DNA of 64,000 nt. It comes from Promethearchaeia archaeon (GTDB taxonomy: Archaea > Asgardarchaeota > Lokiarchaeia > Sigyniarchaeales > SOKP01). Shown here piece after piece: positions 28,541-38,236 of this stretch. The translations under genes were made by a program, and so were the position numbers. The notes under the pieces were generated by a model. The model did no database searches and was not told where the DNA came from. It saw only the letters and a list, made by a program, of their open reading frames with translations. Numbering within the stretch: position 1 is the stretch's first letter; each line of letters starts with the position of its first letter. The stretch lies in NCBI GenBank assembly GCA_029856045.1, contig JAHQWG010000028.1, positions 78,547 through 142,546 on the forward strand. Reading direction: 5' to 3'.

Positions 28541-29749
28541 TTAAGTAATTTTTTTCTCTTTTAAGAAGAATGCTAGAATGGATATAACAATGAGCAATAT
28601 GGATTGTATTATCAAAACAAGAAAATAATCACCGTTGAGCAATTTCAAACCTTCGAAACCGAGGATAAAAATAACTCCTCCTATTTGTCCAAACATTAAT
28701 AAAAATCCGTTTGAACTTGCTTCTGAAACGGGGCTTGTAATATCTATAGCGTATTCTAAAGCAACTGGTGCAGCGGAGATTAAACCGAATCCAAAAAGAA
28801 AACCGAAGAGATATAATAAATTTTCATCATATGCAAATAAAATAATGAATAGAGAAATAGTTGCAATTATACACGATAAAATTATTAGAATTTCTCGTTT
28901 CTTGAATTTATCTGATAAAATAGACATTACTAAACATCCAATGATGCCACCTATTAAAATTATACTTCTAAATATACCTGTAAATATGGCATCATAACCT
29001 CTAGGTACAAAAATTTTTTCTATATATATCGTTATTGTATGAGAGACGCCAAGTCCAATGAGAAAAACGATAACTAATATTAGAAATTTTTTATTTGTAA
29101 ATAGTTTTTTAAGACCTGCAAAAATAAATACCTTTTCTTCTGAAATTTCTTTTGAAGGTGGACTAGGAGGTTTATCTTTCACAAAAATTATGAAAAGTAA
29201 ACCTGATATTAAGGCTATTACCCCATAAATCGATAGCATGGCTTGGAAACTAATGTCTTCGACAATAAATGGTGTTATAAAAAAGCCTAAAGCGATGCCA
29301 AGGAACTGTGAAATTAATGAAATCCCAGTTGCAGTTGTGCGTTCTGATTCTGGAAACCAGTTTGCAGATAATTTGGTAACACTATTTAACATAAAAGGCT
29401 GACCAATTGCAATTCCTATTTGAAATATTAAAACAAGCATAAAATCACCCATTGTAAAGATACGTAAAAACCCAAAGATTGCTGCAAGTAATGCTCCAAG
29501 TCCAGCTCCGATTTTAAAGCCAAATTTATCAATCACCCATGATGCGAGAAATGTAACTGGGATATAGACAACCATAAATGTCATTGACAATAAATAAATT
29601 GATAATTCATCGACGCCATAAAATGTCATTGCAGAAGAGGTTACAGCTGCAAAACTTATCCAGAGAATTTGAATTACTATGTTTGAGAACATAAATAATA
29701 ACAGAATAGTCCAACGCATTAAGTATATTTGTACTTCTTTATAAGTCAT
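28541..29749 (-). CDS. MFS transporter
   Basis: 402 aa and about 12 TM segments. The MFS loop motif is LSANWFPESERTTATGI. Confidence 0.7.
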   Translation of the reverse strand: MTYKEVQIYLMRWTILLLFMFSNIVIQILWISFAAVTSSAMTFYGVDELSIYLLSMTFMVVYIPVTFLASWVIDKFGFKIGAGLGALLAAIFGFLRIFTMGDFMLVLIFQIGIAIGQPFMLNSVTKLSANWFPESERTTATGISLISQFLGIALGFFITPFIVEDISFQAMLSIYGVIALISGLLFIIFVKDKPPSPPSKEISEEKVFIFAGLKKLFTNKKFLILVIVFLIGLGVSHTITIYIEKIFVPRGYDAIFTGIFRSIILIGGIIGCLVMSILSDKFKKREILIILSCIIATISLFIILFAYDENLLYLFGFLFGFGLISAAPVALEYAIDITSPVSEASSNGFLLMFGQIGGVIFILGFEGLKLLNGDYFLVLIIQSILLIVISILAFFLKEKKIT

Positions 29750-30048
29750 AATTTTTCATCAATTTAATGGATATAATTATATTTTTTAAATTAAATTATA
29801 TTTAAATTAACAATATATTTAATGTTGTAAATAAATTTTTATTAAAAACAAATTCTGAATTACCTTGAAGTTAAAAATTAAAGATCCAAAAAACCCAATA
29901 TCTAAAAGGTTTTGAGATAATTATTTCTAAGGGAGAAATTGAAAAAAGAGATTACGAGAAATTAATATTTCTAAAATTCAAAACTGAGGGTATTCATACA
30001 ATCAAAATCATAAAAAAAGCCTGAATAAAAAAATTCTTTTTATTTTTT

Positions 30049-30789
30049 CTATTTCCCCAATCGGCGAGTTCTTCTTAGGTATTCTCTAATATCTTTTATC
30101 AGCATTTCCTCATTATAATCAGGCCAAAAATCGTCGCGAAATCTAAACTCTGCGTATGAAGCATCCCACAATAAAAATCCTGAAATTCTTTTGCCATCTT
30201 TCATTCCTGTCCGGATAATGTAATCTAATTCGGGAAAATCTTTAGTGTATAAATAATTTTTAATTAAATCAATATTTACATCCTTTGGGTCTATCTTATC
30301 CTCCAAGATTGATTTTACTGCGTCGATTATCTCTAATCTCCCATCATACATTATGCATATATTCAAAAATTTTTGGTCGTGGTCTTTTGTCTTTTCAATA
30401 AGTTCATTAATTTTTTTTCTTACATCAAGTGGCAATAGTGATAATCTACCGATTACATTTATTCGAACTTTCTCTTCTTTTATAACCGGATCGTTGCTGA
30501 TAATATCAATTACATTAATAATCAAACCATAAATATACTGAAGTTCTTGGGGACTTCGTTTTTTAACGTTTTCATTTGATAATGCAAAGATGCTTAAATA
30601 TTTAATACCCAGATCTAACAAGCTAAATAATATTTTCCTTAAAGTTTCATACCCTGCCAAGTGTCCCAAATTAACATTAAGATTTCTTTTTTTTGCCCAT
30701 CGGCGATTTCCATCAAGAATAAGTCCAATATGTCTGGGTAATTTGCCCTTTGCTTCTTTTTTCAATTTTTCCAAGCTGTTTGCCACCAA
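30049..30789 (-). CDS. uppS: cis-prenyltransferase (undecaprenyl-diphosphate synthase family)
   Basis: LPRHIGLILDGNRRWAKKRNL..GH.AG, IRTGMKDGKRISGFLLWDASYAEF.F and DFWPD. Confidence 0.85.
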   Translation of the reverse strand: MVANSLEKLKKEAKGKLPRHIGLILDGNRRWAKKRNLNVNLGHLAGYETLRKILFSLLDLGIKYLSIFALSNENVKKRSPQELQYIYGLIINVIDIISNDPVIKEEKVRINVIGRLSLLPLDVRKKINELIEKTKDHDQKFLNICIMYDGRLEIIDAVKSILEDKIDPKDVNIDLIKNYLYTKDFPELDYIIRTGMKDGKRISGFLLWDASYAEFRFRDDFWPDYNEEMLIKDIREYLRRTRRLGK

Positions 30790-31069
30790 GATATAATAAA
30801 TAAATTATACTAAAAAATTTTAATATCTTTTCTAAATGGATACAGTAATCAATTAATCGAATTTTGATTTAAAATTTAACTTTTTAACATTATTAATAAT
30901 ATGAACAGTTTAAATTATTAAAATTAAGAGAATTTTTAAAATAGATGTTATCCTTAAGAAAAACAATTATTAAAATCATGTTTTATTTTAATAAATAATT
31001 GTTTATATATTTCACATTTTTTTTCGAAGAAAAAAAGAAATTAAACAATAAAGAAGTGAGAAGATTTCT

Positions 31070-32713
31070 ATGAAGAATGGTAAAATTCAGTTTAGCGATA
31101 TAGGAATCGACTCTATTGGTTTTTATGCACCAAGATTTTGCTTAGATTTAAAAGATCTTGCAATTTTACGGAAAGTTGATCCAAATAAATATAAAAAGGG
31201 ATTGCTTTTAAAAGAGATGAGATTCCCTGAAATTGGTGAAGATATTGTATCAATGGGTTTAAAAGCCGCTCATAATGCTTTAATTAGGGGTCGTATTGAG
31301 CCAAAAAATATTGATGCCGTATTTGTTGGAACTGAAACAATAACTTATGCTGTTAAATCAGTTTCAAATATACTTGCTCAATTATTAGGGATTTCAATAA
31401 ATTCTTTAACTCAAGATGTATATAATGCTTGTGCTGCAGCTACACTTGCTATACTTAATGCAATTGCTTTAATCGAAAAAGATGTAATTAAAAGAGCATT
31501 AGTAATTGGAGCCGATGTGTCTTCCTACAATTTAGGTAGTCCTGGAGAGCCCACACAAGGAGCAGGTGCAGTTGCTTTAGTTTTATCCAAAAATCCACGA
31601 ATTGCGACCTTTAGTAAGAAATTTGGAAAAATTTCAGGAAATGTTAATGATTTTTATAGACCTGTTAATAAAGAAGTTCCAACTGTATTTGGACGATATT
31701 CTGTTGATTCTTATCTTAATTTTCAATTGGGAGCATTTGATGATTTAACCAAGAATATTGGTGATTTTTATGCGGACTACTATGTATTTCACGCTCCTTA
31801 TTCGAAACTCGCATTAAAATGTATGCAACAAATAATTCTTAAGCGGTGGACTGCGAAAATACGTGACGTATTAAAAGTTGAACCTAATCATATAAGAGCT
31901 TCAATAGCTCGAAAAATTAATGACTTTTTCCAAAATATAAGCATTATTCCTGAATTTATTTCCGTTAAATTGAAAGATAAAGGTTTTGCATTAACCCAGT
32001 TAGACCATCTCAAAAATTGGGTGCTTGCAAATATCAAAAATAGAGTAATACCTCAATTAAGGGTTCCTCAACATTTTGGGAATATGTATAGTGCCTCAGT
32101 ATGGGCTCAAATATTATATATTTTTGAGAATTTTTCTCGTGTGAATGATACAATTTATTTTGGATCCTATGGTTCAGGAGCAACTTGTATTACTGGTTTG
32201 TTAAAAGTTCAACCAAGATTTCATAGTGTTGTTAAAAGAAAACCACAAATAAATGATTATTTTAAGATAAAGGAACTTAAAAGTGCTGAAGAATACGAGC
32301 AAATAAAGCAAGGTCTATTAACTCCACGTATTAGCTTGGGACATATAGAGGAATATCAAAAAAATAAAGCAAAAGGTTTTACACTGCATTTTTGTGATGA
32401 AGGATGTATAATTCCACACATGGAGGGATTAAATTATTGTCCTAAAGGGCATTCTGGTTTTTATACGAAGTTTTTCCCACTATTTGCGGTGTTAATTTCT
32501 GATCCGATAGATGCAAATGGAAATAACCTTAGGTTTCTAAAAGAGGATTTAGTAAGAATTCAAGGTTACCCAAAAATCGGAAATCTTTTAGAATGTGAGA
32601 TGCGCCGTGTTGAAAGTACATTTGAAGATCAATCATTAAGTAGTGGATTGTTAAACTGGACCCCTACTTATATTCCTTTAGATAAATCAGTTTATCATTA
32701 CATTCAGCCTTAG
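31070..32713 (+). CDS. HMG-CoA synthase with a C-terminal extension of about 130 aa resembling a DUF35 zinc-ribbon/OB-fold domain
   Basis: 547 aa. The core has IGIDSIGFYAPRF..VDPNKYKKGL, catalytic-Cys context DVYNACAAATLAI, GEPTQGAGAVALVL, HFGNMYSASVW and YFGSYGSGAT. The extension (residues about 420-547, nt about 32327-32713) has HFCDEGCIIPHMEGLNYCPKGH followed by a beta-rich segment ending GLLNWTPTYIP. Confidence 0.8.
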   Translation: MKNGKIQFSDIGIDSIGFYAPRFCLDLKDLAILRKVDPNKYKKGLLLKEMRFPEIGEDIVSMGLKAAHNALIRGRIEPKNIDAVFVGTETITYAVKSVSNILAQLLGISINSLTQDVYNACAAATLAILNAIALIEKDVIKRALVIGADVSSYNLGSPGEPTQGAGAVALVLSKNPRIATFSKKFGKISGNVNDFYRPVNKEVPTVFGRYSVDSYLNFQLGAFDDLTKNIGDFYADYYVFHAPYSKLALKCMQQIILKRWTAKIRDVLKVEPNHIRASIARKINDFFQNISIIPEFISVKLKDKGFALTQLDHLKNWVLANIKNRVIPQLRVPQHFGNMYSASVWAQILYIFENFSRVNDTIYFGSYGSGATCITGLLKVQPRFHSVVKRKPQINDYFKIKELKSAEEYEQIKQGLLTPRISLGHIEEYQKNKAKGFTLHFCDEGCIIPHMEGLNYCPKGHSGFYTKFFPLFAVLISDPIDANGNNLRFLKEDLVRIQGYPKIGNLLECEMRRVESTFEDQSLSSGLLNWTPTYIPLDKSVYHYIQP

Positions 32714-32718
32714 GGTCA

Positions 32719-33927
32719 ATGATGTTTAAAAATGTTCCCAAATCTATTGCAAATCAATTAAAAAACGACCATAATGAGATTTTAAACTATCTAATTAAAA
32801 GGAATTATAATATTCATTCTCTCCCTACAAACAGAAAGGCAATATCTAAAGAGGGAGAAGCATATACACTGGCATATCCTATTCAAGGAGTACTTAAATA
32901 TCATGGGTTAGTAAGTAAAGAACACCGAATCTCTTATTTTCCCAGTGTTTCTTTTAATAATAATGCAGGTTTTACAGTCACTTATTTAAAATTTGATAAG
33001 CAATTAAAAGAAGATATTGCAATTTTAAATGGAGAAAAATTATCAAACAATAATTTAAAGAGAATTGTAATTTCTTTAGATCTAATTAGAGAATATTCAA
33101 AAATTAAGGTAAAAGCTTTATTAATTTCAAGTAATTTTTTAAATTCTTCGCATAAATTGTTAACTGGTAAAGGATTAGGAACATCTGCTTCTGGATCTGC
33201 AGCTCTTGCTTTAGCTGCAATTTCGGTATTATATAACAATGAATCAGAATATATTGAAAATAATCGATTAATTAGCTTATTTTCTAGATATTTAGCTGGA
33301 TCTGGAACACGTAGTGCCGCAGGAGGATTCGCACTTTGGTTGAGTCATCCTACAATAGATCCATTTGACTGTTTTGCAATCCGCCTTGATAGAGAAGAAC
33401 ACAAAAAATTTGTTAATAAAATTTCCCTTATAACTATTCCAATCAATTCTGATTTAAAAACCGAACAGGTTCATAAGATTGCCCCAAAATCGCCTTTTTT
33501 TCCTTCTTGGTTAAAAGAACGGAAAAGAAAGGTTTTTGATTTCTTTTACGCATTAGATAATTGTGATTTGAATAAAATTGGAGAATTAGCGGAATATGAT
33601 ACAATGTGTTTGCATTTAATAACAATGACTGCCCAACAAAAACAAAATATTATTGCTTGGAAACCAGATACTCTAGCGATTATGCTTCGAGTTCAAGAAC
33701 TACGTGCATCCGGTTATAATGTATATTTTTCAATCGATACGGGTCCTTCAGTGGTATTATTAACATATAAAAATGAAAAAAATAGTTTAATTAATAATTT
33801 AAAAGATTTAAATCCAAATTTTGACATTATTGAGGGACAAATTGGAGGAGCAAGTAAGTTAATTCATGCTAATTCTCCCAATGCTCAACTGCTAAAAGAA
33901 GATATAAATAAATTTAATATTTCTTAA
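32719..33927 (+). CDS. GHMP-kinase-fold decarboxylase of the diphosphomevalonate decarboxylase (MDD) family. The substrate (MVA-PP, MVA-5-P or MVA-3,5-PP) cannot be decided by eye.
   Basis: 402 aa with GVLKYHG, GKGLGTSASGSAALALAA, LAGSGTRSAAGGFALW and YFSIDTGPSVVLL. These correspond to the MDD ATP-binding, Arg and Asp motifs. Confidence 0.7.
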   Translation: MMFKNVPKSIANQLKNDHNEILNYLIKRNYNIHSLPTNRKAISKEGEAYTLAYPIQGVLKYHGLVSKEHRISYFPSVSFNNNAGFTVTYLKFDKQLKEDIAILNGEKLSNNNLKRIVISLDLIREYSKIKVKALLISSNFLNSSHKLLTGKGLGTSASGSAALALAAISVLYNNESEYIENNRLISLFSRYLAGSGTRSAAGGFALWLSHPTIDPFDCFAIRLDREEHKKFVNKISLITIPINSDLKTEQVHKIAPKSPFFPSWLKERKRKVFDFFYALDNCDLNKIGELAEYDTMCLHLITMTAQQKQNIIAWKPDTLAIMLRVQELRASGYNVYFSIDTGPSVVLLTYKNEKNSLINNLKDLNPNFDIIEGQIGGASKLIHANSPNAQLLKEDINKFNIS

Positions 33928-33944
33928 ATTATATATGTAAAATA

Positions 33945-35225
33945 ATGAATGATATCAACTCTAATATTCCTGGATTTTATAAATTATCAATTGATGAACG
34001 TCAACAAGTAATAACTAAACTTGTTAATCTTAATACAGAAGATCTTAAGTTGTTAAAAAATTATGGATATATTTCTCCTTCTCAACTAGATACATTAATA
34101 GAAAACGTTATAGGAAGCTTTCACTTACCACTTGGTATTGCCTGTAATTTTAAAATTAATAATAAAGATTACATAATACCAATGGTTATTGAAGAACCAT
34201 CTGTTGTGGCTGCAGCTTCAAACGCTGCAAAAATTGCGAGAAAATTAGGTGGTTTCTATTCTGAAAAAGTCAAGTCAATTATGTTTTCTCAGATACAAAT
34301 CACGAATATAAAAGATATTAAAACTGCAAAAGACAATATTCAAAAAAATAAGGAAACTATCCTAAAAATTGCAAATGAACAGGATCCCTTGTTAGTAAGT
34401 TTAAATGGTGGAGCAATTGATCTTGAAATTCGGGAAATATCAACAAGAAAAGGACCCATGTTAATTATCCATTTATTAGTTAACGTTTTGGATGCAATGG
34501 GCGCAAATGTCGTAAATACCATGGCAGAAGCGGTGGCTCCATATTTAGAAGATATTTGTAATGGTCATATTTATTTACGAATTTTATCTAACTTAGCGAT
34601 ACATCGTCTTGCAAGGTGTAGAGCTGTTTTTGATAAAGAGTTATTAGGTGGAGATAAGGTAGTTGAGGGAATAATAAATGCTTATGAATTTGCACTCGCT
34701 GATCCTTTCAGAGCAACAACGCATAATAAAGGTATAATGAACGGAATTATAGCTTTAACAATGGCTACAGGAAATGATACCCGCGCTATTGAAGCTGGGG
34801 CTCATGCATTTGCGGCATTAAGTGGAAATTATTCTCCTTTGACAAAATTTCAAGTTGATTCAGATGGAAACTTAGTTGGAGAAATAGAATTACCTCTTGC
34901 TCTTGGCATTATAGGGGGTATGACTAAAATACATCCAATGGCGCGGTTAGCGTTAAAGATTTTGGATATTAAAAGTGCTAATGAGCTTTCTCAAGTAGCT
35001 GCGGCTCTTGGCTTGGCTCAAAATGTAGCTGCTCTAAGGGCTTTGGCTTCAGAGGGAATTCAGAAAGGACATATGTCCCTACATTCGAGAAATATTGCAA
35101 AACTGGCGGGTGTACCTGAAGAATTAATAGAAAAAGTTGCACAAAAGTTAGTGGAAGATAAAAAAATTAGAGTTGATTATGCGAAAGAAATATTGCAAAA
35201 AATAATTGATGGTGAAAACCTTTAG
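33945..35225 (+). CDS. Class II HMG-CoA reductase
   Basis: 426 aa. ENVIGSFHLPLGIACNFKINNKDYIIPMVIEEPSVVAAASNAAK, DAMGANVVNTM, ATTHNKGIMNGI and GHMSLHSRN. The length and motifs match the class II (Pseudomonas mevalonii/Archaeoglobus type) enzymes. Confidence 0.85.
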   Translation: MNDINSNIPGFYKLSIDERQQVITKLVNLNTEDLKLLKNYGYISPSQLDTLIENVIGSFHLPLGIACNFKINNKDYIIPMVIEEPSVVAAASNAAKIARKLGGFYSEKVKSIMFSQIQITNIKDIKTAKDNIQKNKETILKIANEQDPLLVSLNGGAIDLEIREISTRKGPMLIIHLLVNVLDAMGANVVNTMAEAVAPYLEDICNGHIYLRILSNLAIHRLARCRAVFDKELLGGDKVVEGIINAYEFALADPFRATTHNKGIMNGIIALTMATGNDTRAIEAGAHAFAALSGNYSPLTKFQVDSDGNLVGEIELPLALGIIGGMTKIHPMARLALKILDIKSANELSQVAAALGLAQNVAALRALASEGIQKGHMSLHSRNIAKLAGVPEELIEKVAQKLVEDKKIRVDYAKEILQKIIDGENL

Positions 35226-35307
35226 TTTTTAAAATTTGTTAATTTAACTTTTCTAAAAAAAGATAATAATGTAAATAATTGTATTATTAAAAATAAGTCT
35301 TAGATGA

Positions 35308-36618
35308 TTGAAATTTATGGGATTTAGAGAATATATAAATCAAATTGATGAGAAAGGCCTTCTTCGAAAGGTGGACATTGAAGTATCTAAGAAATTAGAG
35401 ATCTCTGGAATTTTAAAAGAGATTGAACCAACCCCAGTAATGTTTAATAATATTAAAGGATCGGAATTTCGCGTGATTGGAAATTTATTCTGTACTAAGA
35501 ATGTAATTGCTTCATATTTCGACGTATCTCCGGCAGATCTCATACCAATGCTTTCTAAAGCGATAACTGAACGCTCAGAACCAGAGATCGTGTCAAACGC
35601 CCCTTGTCAAGAGATAATAGAATCAAGCGTAGATTTAGATAAATTACCAATTTTATTCCATTGCGAAAAGGACGGCGGAAATTACATTAGTTCCGCAGTT
35701 GTTATCACTAGAGATCCTGATTATGGACAAAACCTGGACTTTCATAGAGCCATGCAGTTTTCCAAAGATAAATTTGCTACTCGAATAGTTAGAGGTCGTC
35801 ATTTTCATAAATTTTTAGAAAAAAATGGTGAACTAGAAGTCGCTTTTTGTATTGGAAATAGCCCTAACATTCTTATTGCAGGAGCAACTTCTGTGGATAT
35901 TGGAGTTGATGAATTGCATATTGCAAATGCATTAGAATCAATAAAAGTTGTTAAAGCAAATTCAGTTGATCTTTTAATTCCTGCAGAAGCTGAATTTGTT
36001 TTAGAAGGAAGGGTCTATATGGAAGAAAACCATGCTGAGGGTCCCTTTGTCGATTTGACAGAAACCTATGATGTTATAAGAGAAGAACCTATTTTTGAAG
36101 TTAAAAAAATCACACATAGAAAAGATGCGATTTGGCAAGCCTTATTACCGGGGGCGCTTGAACATAAAATATTAATGGGTATGCCAAGAGAACCAACGAT
36201 TTTTAATAAAGTGAATGAAACAGGAGTTAAATGCTTAGATGTTAATATAAATCCTGGGGGATGCTCCTGGTTACATGCAATTGTGCAAATTGATAAAAAA
36301 TCAGAAGAAGATGGAAAAAAAGCTATTAATGGTGCTTTTACTGGCCATACTAGTTGTAAACACGTGTTTATTGTAGATAAAGATATTGATATTTATAATC
36401 CATTATCTGTGGAATGGGCAATGGCAACTCGCTTTCAAGGTGATATTAGAATGATTATTAAAGATAAAGAACCAGGAAGTAGTTTAGATCCTAGCGCAGA
36501 GCCAGGTACAAAAATGACAACTAAAATTGGATTTGATTTAACAAAACCACTTGTAGTTAAAGGAAAGAGCTTTGATATAGCGGATTTCCCAAAAGTAGAC
36601 TTGAACAAATATTTTTAA
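35308..36618 (+). CDS. UbiD-family decarboxylase, candidate trans-anhydromevalonate-5-phosphate decarboxylase
   Basis: 436 aa with UbiD-like layout (FREYI..L.EKGLL..V...V....EI; GGNYISSAVVITRDPD; EGPFVDLTETY; WAMATRF). The call rests mainly on its position directly upstream of the two AcnX genes. The track start is the TTG at 35308, with an alternative ATG at 35317. Confidence 0.7.
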   Translation: MKFMGFREYINQIDEKGLLRKVDIEVSKKLEISGILKEIEPTPVMFNNIKGSEFRVIGNLFCTKNVIASYFDVSPADLIPMLSKAITERSEPEIVSNAPCQEIIESSVDLDKLPILFHCEKDGGNYISSAVVITRDPDYGQNLDFHRAMQFSKDKFATRIVRGRHFHKFLEKNGELEVAFCIGNSPNILIAGATSVDIGVDELHIANALESIKVVKANSVDLLIPAEAEFVLEGRVYMEENHAEGPFVDLTETYDVIREEPIFEVKKITHRKDAIWQALLPGALEHKILMGMPREPTIFNKVNETGVKCLDVNINPGGCSWLHAIVQIDKKSEEDGKKAINGAFTGHTSCKHVFIVDKDIDIYNPLSVEWAMATRFQGDIRMIIKDKEPGSSLDPSAEPGTKMTTKIGFDLTKPLVVKGKSFDIADFPKVDLNKYF

Positions 36619-36631
36619 TATAGAGGAGTCG

Positions 36632-37831
36632 ATGAGATTGAAATTAACATCAGAAGAAAAAGAGATGTTGGAAGGTAAGCAAGGAAGATCTGCTCAAAAA
36701 TCCATGGAGATATTAACCACATTAGGTGAAATATTTGATGCAGAATGTATGATTGAGGTTTATAGCGTGCAAATAGCAGGAGTTTCCTATGCAAATTTAG
36801 GGGAAGCAGGTCTAGAATTTTTAAATGAGATGGCAGAAGATGGAAAGGTTAGGGTTTTAACAACTTTAAATCCAGCTGGAATGGACCGAGAAAATTGGCA
36901 AGCTTTAGGAATTGAAGAAGAATTTGCTATTAATCAAAACCGTGCTATAGATGCTTTTGCAAAAATGGGTATAATTACAACATGTTCTTGTACACCATAT
37001 TTAATAGGAAATGTACCTCACTTTGGTCAGCATATTGCTTGGGCTGAGAGTAGTGCTGTCTGCTATTCAAATTCTGTCATTGGTGCTCGAACAAATCGTG
37101 AAGGTGGTCCGAGTGCGCTAGCTGCTGCTTTAACTGGAAAAACACCAAAATATGGTTATCATCTAGACAAAAATCGTCATGGACAGGTCTTATTTGAAGT
37201 TAAGGTTCCAGTGAAAGGTACAGATGAATTTGGCGTGTTAGGAAAAATAATTGGGGATAAATTGGTTGAATTAGGAAAGAAAATACCTTATATTACTGGA
37301 ATTTCTTCAGCAACAGTTGAGGAACTTAAGTCATTTTGCGCTTCAGTGGCTACTTATGGAGGTACAGCATTATTTCATATGGAAGGCATAACCCCAGAAT
37401 ATAATATGTATCCTAAGCCAAAAGATGATATTTTTGAAATTAATCAGGATAACCTTAATAAAACTCGGTCTGATCTTATTGATGATGATATTGAAATTGA
37501 TTTCGTTAGTATTGGGTGTCCTCACGCTTCAATTCACGAAATAGCAACAATTGCAAGTTTATTGAAAGGTAATAAAGTAAATAAAGAATTTTGGATTACT
37601 ACTGCTCGACCTACAAAAAGAATTGCAGATGAAGCTGGCTATTCTAAAATTATTGAGGATGCTGGGGCCAAATTCGCTTCAGATACATGTTGTGTTGTAG
37701 CTCCTATTAAAGGTCGCTTTAAAGGAATTATGGTAGATTCAGCTAAAGCGTGTTATTATGGCCGTGCAAAGAATAAATTTAAAGTAAAAATTGGCTCAAT
37801 CGAAAAATGTGTTGAGGAGGCGGTAAAATGA
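36632..37831 (+). CDS. Aconitase X catalytic (DUF521) subunit, candidate phosphomevalonate dehydratase large subunit
   Basis: 399 aa with LTSEEKEMLEGKQG, SVQIAGVSY, TCSCTPYL, WAESSAVCYSNSVIGARTNREGGPSALAAALTGKTP and SIGCPHAS. Confidence 0.8.
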   Translation: MRLKLTSEEKEMLEGKQGRSAQKSMEILTTLGEIFDAECMIEVYSVQIAGVSYANLGEAGLEFLNEMAEDGKVRVLTTLNPAGMDRENWQALGIEEEFAINQNRAIDAFAKMGIITTCSCTPYLIGNVPHFGQHIAWAESSAVCYSNSVIGARTNREGGPSALAAALTGKTPKYGYHLDKNRHGQVLFEVKVPVKGTDEFGVLGKIIGDKLVELGKKIPYITGISSATVEELKSFCASVATYGGTALFHMEGITPEYNMYPKPKDDIFEINQDNLNKTRSDLIDDDIEIDFVSIGCPHASIHEIATIASLLKGNKVNKEFWITTARPTKRIADEAGYSKIIEDAGAKFASDTCCVVAPIKGRFKGIMVDSAKACYYGRAKNKFKVKIGSIEKCVEEAVK

Positions 37832-38217
37832 AGTTAGAAGGAAGAAAAATTTATAAAGGAACTGCTGAGGCAGAAGCAATTGTAACAAAAGATGGTATTT
37901 CATTTTATGGTGGCGTTGACCCTGATACTGGTAAAGTTGTCGAGGTTGGACATGAACTTGAAGGTCAATCCATAACAGGAAAAGTTTTAGTCTTTCCTAC
38001 TGGTAAGGGTTCAACTGTAGGGTCATACACAATGTATAGAATGAAAAAAAAAAATACGGCACCAGTAGCAATCGTAAACAAACAAATAGATACAATCGTA
38101 GCAGTAGGTTGCATAATTAGTGAAATTCCTTGTGTAGATAAAATTAATATTAATAATATTAAAACCGGACAAAAAGTTATTGTTAATGGTTCCGAAGGTA
38201 CTGTGGAGGTGAAATAA
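37828..38217 (+). CDS. Aconitase X swivel (DUF126) subunit, candidate phosphomevalonate dehydratase small subunit
   Basis: 129 aa. GEAEAIVTKDGISFYGGVDPDTGKV...GKVLVFPTGKGSTVGSY. A 4-nt ATGA overlap with the large-subunit gene suggests translational coupling. Confidence 0.8.
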   Translation: MKLEGRKIYKGTAEAEAIVTKDGISFYGGVDPDTGKVVEVGHELEGQSITGKVLVFPTGKGSTVGSYTMYRMKKKNTAPVAIVNKQIDTIVAVGCIISEIPCVDKININNIKTGQKVIVNGSEGTVEVK

Positions 38218-38236
38218 ACGGGAACTGGAAAAGGAT

